A stretch of DNA of 36,756 nucleotides from Rhodocyclaceae bacterium (GTDB lineage Bacteria > Pseudomonadota > Gammaproteobacteria > Burkholderiales > Rhodocyclaceae): contig DASVZD010000036.1 of assembly GCA_036391815.1 (NCBI GenBank), forward strand, positions 1-36,756, written 5' to 3'. Below the pieces are notes generated by a model. The model was not told the origin of the DNA. It saw only the letters and a list, made by a program, of their open reading frames with translations, and made no database searches. The translations under genes were made by a program, and so were the position numbers. Shown here one piece after another: positions 33,614 through 36,756 of the stretch. Position 1 is the stretch's first letter, and each line of letters opens with the position of its first letter.

Positions 33614-34768
33614 TTGGAGGTAGCCGCCTTGGCCCACCGGATCATCACCAACGAGATCCACGTCGGCAAGCCCTTGCCGTGGAACGTCTTCGATGCGGGC
33701 GGCGTACTGCTGCTGAGGCGCGGCGTCGTCATCACCTCCCAACATGCGCTCGACCGCCTGATCGAAGAGGGCATCTATCTCGACGAGCAGGATTCGCAGG
33801 GACTCGGCCGCAGCGGGCCGGCAGCGGTCGCGGAGCCGGAGAAGCCGAGCGCGCTGCAGCTGGTCACCGACGCCCGGCGGCTGTTCGGCACGCTGCTCAA
33901 CGAACTGCGCAGCGTTTCCGATTTCCCGGCGCGCATCCGCCGCATCGCGCTGCTGGTCGACCTCGCCTGCCAGACCAACCCGGAAGTCGCGCTCGCCACC
34001 ATCCTGCTGCTGCAGGACGACAGCTACGCCGTGCGCCACCACCTGAACACGGCGATCATGGCGAACCTGCTGTGCCGCGCCATGGCGCTGCCGGACGAGC
34101 AGGCGCAGGCGGTGCTGGCCGCCGCGCTGACCATGAACGCCAGCATGTACGAGGTGCAGGACAAGCTGAACGACGTCAAGGGTCCGCTGAACGACAAGCT
34201 GCGCGCGCTGATCGCGTCGCATCCCGAGCAGAGCGAGCAGCGCCTGCGCCAGCTGGGCGTCGCCGACGCGCTGTGGCTGCGCTGCGTCGCGCAGCATCAT
34301 GAGTGCGAGAACGGCGCCGGCTATCCCGGGCACCTGACGGGGGACGCCATCGAGCAGGGCGCCAAGATCATCGGCCTCGCCGACCGCTACTGCGCGCAGG
34401 TGTCGAATCGCCACTACCATCCGGCGCGCGCGCCCGGCATCGTGTTGAAGGAACTCTATGCGGAGAAGGGCGCCGAGATCGATACGACCGTCGCCGCCCA
34501 CCTGGTGCGCGTCGTCGGGATCTATCCGCCGGGCACCATCGTGCGCCTGAAGAACGGCGAAGTCGCCGTGGTGGTCGCGCCCACCGACAACGCGGACAGC
34601 CCGCTCGCCTGCGCCGTGCTCGGCGCCAACCGCATCGCGTTCACCGTGCCGGCGATGCGCAAGACCATCAAGAGCGACTTCAAGATCACCGAAGTGATGA
34701 CGCTCGACAAGATCGATTTCCCGATCCAGATGTCGCGGATCTGGGGAGACGCGGCGCGGATCGGCTGA
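33614..34768 (+). CDS. HD-GYP-family protein with a degenerate metal site (MN-GYP) and a DUF3391-like N-terminal domain
   Basis: HHECENGAGYPGHL (GYP codons 34319-34327) and the first His (SYAVRHHLNTA) are present. The LHDIGK position reads LTMNAS (Met-Asn codons 34133-34138). The N-terminus IHVGKPLPWNVFDAGGVLLLRRGVVITSQHALDRLIEEGIYLD fits the usual HD-GYP N-terminal module. The track start is TTG 33614. TTG 33629 has a better RBS (GGAGG 33616-33620, 8-nt spacer). Confidence 0.8.
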   Translation: MEVAALAHRIITNEIHVGKPLPWNVFDAGGVLLLRRGVVITSQHALDRLIEEGIYLDEQDSQGLGRSGPAAVAEPEKPSALQLVTDARRLFGTLLNELRSVSDFPARIRRIALLVDLACQTNPEVALATILLLQDDSYAVRHHLNTAIMANLLCRAMALPDEQAQAVLAAALTMNASMYEVQDKLNDVKGPLNDKLRALIASHPEQSEQRLRQLGVADALWLRCVAQHHECENGAGYPGHLTGDAIEQGAKIIGLADRYCAQVSNRHYHPARAPGIVLKELYAEKGAEIDTTVAAHLVRVVGIYPPGTIVRLKNGEVAVVVAPTDNADSPLACAVLGANRIAFTVPAMRKTIKSDFKITEVMTLDKIDFPIQMSRIWGDAARIG

Positions 34769-35523
34769 TGCGCGGCGGCACAGCCGCGGCCGCCATGCTG
34801 CCCCATCGTTGCAGCACTGGTACGAAACTGGCTTTCGGAAAGGCAGTGAACCGCGCCAAACTACCCCGTTGGCGGCCAGCCCGAAAAGTGCGGCGGTCGT
34901 GGCCGATACTGATCGTCGCCACGCTTCTCGCCTCGGTGGGATGTTCTAGCGTCGACCGTTCCCGCGCGCTCGACAACCCCGCCGTGCCGGCGGAGGCGAT
35001 CGCCCGGCAGGTTTGCGGCAACTGCCATGGCACGGCGGGACGCTCCGTCAGTCCCAATTTCCCGAACCTGGCGGGCCAGGTGCGCGATTACCTGATCGAG
35101 GAATTGATGGATTTCCGCGCGAGGAATCGCCGCGATCCGGCGGCGATCGACTACATGTGGGGAATGGCGCACGGTCTCACCGACGTCCAGATCCTCGGCT
35201 TGGCCGAATACTTTTCCCGCCAGCGGCCTGCTGCGTCCGTCCGCGCCGATGAGGGAATGACGGCCGTCGGCAGGCGGATCTACGAGAGGAACTTCCCCGA
35301 CAAGGACGTCCCCGCATGCGGCAGTTGCCACGGCGTCAAGGGCGAAGGGAGCGAACAGTTTCCGCGGCTTGCGGCCCAGCACGCCGACTATCTGATCAAG
35401 CAGATCCAGGTATTCAAGAAGACGGACGAGCGCCCGGACGGAGCCGTGACGCGACAGAAGGCGCACGATCTCTCGCCGGCCGAAACAGAAGCGGTGAGCG
35501 TCTACCTGCAGTCCCTTCCCTGA
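34768..35523 (+). CDS. Dihaem c-type cytochrome (cytochrome c4-like), probable lipoprotein; start uncertain
   Basis: Two CxxCH motifs, CGNCHG (from 35014) and CGSCHG. Hydrophobic leader ending in a lipobox-like LLASVGC. ATG 34768 overlaps the HD-GYP stop by 1 nt (TGATG); ATG 34795 is an alternative. The track ORF start at 34303 runs through the HD-GYP gene in another frame and is rejected. Confidence 0.8.
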   Translation: MRGGTAAAAMLPHRCSTGTKLAFGKAVNRAKLPRWRPARKVRRSWPILIVATLLASVGCSSVDRSRALDNPAVPAEAIARQVCGNCHGTAGRSVSPNFPNLAGQVRDYLIEELMDFRARNRRDPAAIDYMWGMAHGLTDVQILGLAEYFSRQRPAASVRADEGMTAVGRRIYERNFPDKDVPACGSCHGVKGEGSEQFPRLAAQHADYLIKQIQVFKKTDERPDGAVTRQKAHDLSPAETEAVSVYLQSLP

Positions 35524-35542
35524 GCGCCGGACTCCCGGTTCC

Positions 35543-35570
35543 GAGAAAGCGCGACGGCGCTTCTCATTTT
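35543..35570 (+). terminator. Intrinsic terminator after the cytochrome c gene
   Basis: gagaaagcgc (35543-35552), loop gacg, gcgcttctc (35557-35565): a 9-bp stem with one bulged A, followed by ATTTT (35566-35570). Confidence 0.55.
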
Positions 35571-35712
35571 CGGCAAAGCCCAGCGCCGTGCCCTGCCGAG
35601 CGAACGCCGTCTGGGGCGTTGTCGCAACGCATACTCTTTGCCGAACTCCGTGGCAGGATTTTTGCAGACAGGCCGGTGCAGGTCTCTGCCACTACTCAGG
35701 AAAGGAAATTAC

Positions 35713-36000
35713 ATGCAAGGAAAGTTCAAGTCGGACCGCCGCCAGATGCTGAAGATCGGTGGCCTTGCCCTGGCCGCCATCCCGGTGCTTGCCCTGACCG
35801 GCAAGGCGAACGCCGCCACGAACGCCGCCATGCGCGGCTCGATGAAGTATCAGGAAAAGCCAGGGCCCGATGGCAAGGAATGCGGCAAGTGCATGCAGTA
35901 CGTGCCCGGCAAGCCGCTTGGCGGCTGCAAGCTGTTCCCCGGCGACACGGAAATCTCGCCGACCGGCTACTGCGTTGCCTGGGCGGCTGCGCAGAAGTAA
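35713..36000 (+). CDS. High-potential iron-sulfur protein (HiPIP) with a Tat signal, 95 aa
   Basis: ATG 35713 after AGGAAAGGAAA. Twin-arginine leader SDRRQMLKIGGLALAAIPVLA. Four Cys in HiPIP spacing: CGKC...GGCKLFPG...PTGYCVAW. Confidence 0.85.
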   Translation: MQGKFKSDRRQMLKIGGLALAAIPVLALTGKANAATNAAMRGSMKYQEKPGPDGKECGKCMQYVPGKPLGGCKLFPGDTEISPTGYCVAWAAAQK

Positions 36001-36018
36001 CCGGAGAACACCGCGAAG

Positions 36019-36042
36019 AACGGCACCCCGCGGGGTGCCGTT
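36019..36042. terminator. Bidirectional stem-loop between the convergent HiPIP and hemerythrin genes
   Basis: aacggcaccc (36019-36028), loop cgcg, gggtgccgtt (36033-36042), followed by cccTTTTc on the plus strand. Confidence 0.6.
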
Positions 36043-36058
36043 CCCTTTTCATCGCCGC

Positions 36059-36475
36059 TCACGCGGCACCCGCCGCCTTGCCTTCCGGCGCAAGGCTGTT
36101 GAGGAACCGGCCCAGCGCCTTGTCCTCATCGCAGATATGCTCGATGTAGCGGGTGACGAGAAACTTCAGCAGTTCCGCCGGCGGCAGCGACTCGAACGAG
36201 ATTGCCTGCATCAGGTCCTTGAGCGCGGCCAGCAACATCCTGTGCAATTCGCGGTGGGCGTCGGCCTCGGGAAAGGCGATCGCATCCATGAGACGTTCCT
36301 CGTTCTGGAAATGGCTCTCGGAATACTGCCGGATCTGCCGCAGCACCTCCTCGAGCGATTCGAGCGAAGTTCCGCGTTCGATTTCCTGATCGAAGGCGCC
36401 GATCAGTTCGAGGAGCCGCCGGTGCTCTGCGTCAAGACGGGTTTGACCCGTTTCAAAATTGGTATTCCATTCCAT
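36059..36475 (-). CDS. Bacteriohemerythrin (hemerythrin-like metal-binding protein), 138 aa
   Basis: Start at MEWNTNFETGQTRLDAEHRRLLELI (ATG 36475). His/Glu ligand pattern: SHFQNEERLM....HRELH...YIEHICDED. Confidence 0.85.
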   Translation of the reverse strand: MEWNTNFETGQTRLDAEHRRLLELIGAFDQEIERGTSLESLEEVLRQIRQYSESHFQNEERLMDAIAFPEADAHRELHRMLLAALKDLMQAISFESLPPAELLKFLVTRYIEHICDEDKALGRFLNSLAPEGKAAGAA

Positions 36476-36572
36476 AAGTCTCTTTCGGTGCAATGGTCGC
36501 GAAGTCAGGGCGCACTGCAGCTTTCATTCGCCGAGGCGGGCCCCCGATCGGGGCCACCATAGTACAAACAGA

Positions 36573-36591
36573 GCTGACGCCGGCTGTCAGC
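36573..36591 (-). terminator. Possible terminator hairpin downstream of petC
   Basis: gctgac (36573-36578), 7-nt loop, gtcagc (36586-36591). On the minus strand it is followed by TCTGTTTGT. The stem is short, so this is weak. Confidence 0.3.
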
Positions 36592-36617
36592 CTCGAATCA
36601 GCGGGCGACTCCGTGCC

Positions 36618-36756
36618 TCAGTGGATGTCTTTCCAGTACTCTTTCTTCAGCGCATAGGCGAAGACGAAGATTACCGCCAAAGCGATGAGCACCACAACAC
36701 CCAGGCGCTTGCGGAACTCGGCAACCGGCTCGCCCATGTAGTTGAGGTAGCCGACC
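36618..36756 (-). CDS. petC: 3' end of the cytochrome c1 gene (bc1 complex), partial; N-terminus beyond the right edge
   Basis: Minus-strand translation: ...VGYLNYMGEPVAEFRKRLGVVVLIALAVIFVFAYALKKEYWKDIH, then stop (TGA at 36620-36618). The C-terminal TM anchor plus a KKEYWKD(I/V)H ending is what I recall for betaproteobacterial cytochrome c1. It is too short to appear in the ORF track. Confidence 0.6.
   Translation of the reverse strand, partial: VGYLNYMGEPVAEFRKRLGVVVLIALAVIFVFAYALKKEYWKDIH

Noticed and set aside
34303-34767. N-terminal 155 codons of track ORF 34303..35523
   Set aside because: This is an Arg-rich alternative frame of the HD-GYP gene's 3' part. Only the part from 34768 or 34795 onward (leader plus two CxxCH motifs) looks like a real protein.
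36539-36555. GGCCCC-cgatc-GGGGCC palindrome upstream of the hemerythrin gene
   Set aside because: It is a short 6-bp GC stem with no T-tract on either strand. It could equally be chance in GC-rich DNA, so it is not called as a terminator or operator.

Overview
High-GC proteobacterial (probably betaproteobacterial) chromosomal segment, cut inside a gene at both ends. No rRNA, tRNA, CRISPR array, transposase or integrase was recognised. (1) Positions 2-19027 (minus strand) are one stop-free reading frame that the supplied ORF track does not list, because it has no stop inside the window. It is the first 6,342 codons of a giant repetitive surface/secreted protein. Its parts are a leader with an EPRVLLSDA motif, about 16 alternating A/B pairs of PPC-like domains, 17 CARDB domains, one more PPC-like domain, an IPT/TIG domain and an unassigned region. 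All long ORFs the track lists in this region are antisense or out-of-frame shadows. (2) Upstream on the same strand lie an orphan HlyD-type periplasmic adaptor and a STAS (anti-sigma-antagonist-like) gene. Divergent from these is a PP2C(SpoIIE)-PAS-GGDEF(degenerate GNDEF)-EAL protein. (3) Next come a UbiH-family monooxygenase and dsbC. (4) A translationally coupled three-gene Zorya-like module (zorA, zorB, zorC-like; minus strand) has no ZorD, ZorE or other recognisable effector gene. It is divergent from a 159-aa gene that looks like the cytoplasmic parts of MotA without any transmembrane helix. (5) The rest comprises csbD, a small 4-Cys protein, a PilZ-STAS-like fusion, a PQQ-dependent sugar dehydrogenase, an XRE-type HTH protein and a small basic secreted protein. 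It continues with a degenerate HD-GYP (MN-GYP) protein coupled to a dihaem cytochrome c, then HiPIP, bacteriohemerythrin and the 3' end of petC. Most interesting: the effector-less ZorABC-like locus with its TM-less MotA look-alike, the hidden giant gene, and the density of STAS and c-di-GMP modules. All homology statements rest on hand translation and remembered family motifs. No database search was run.
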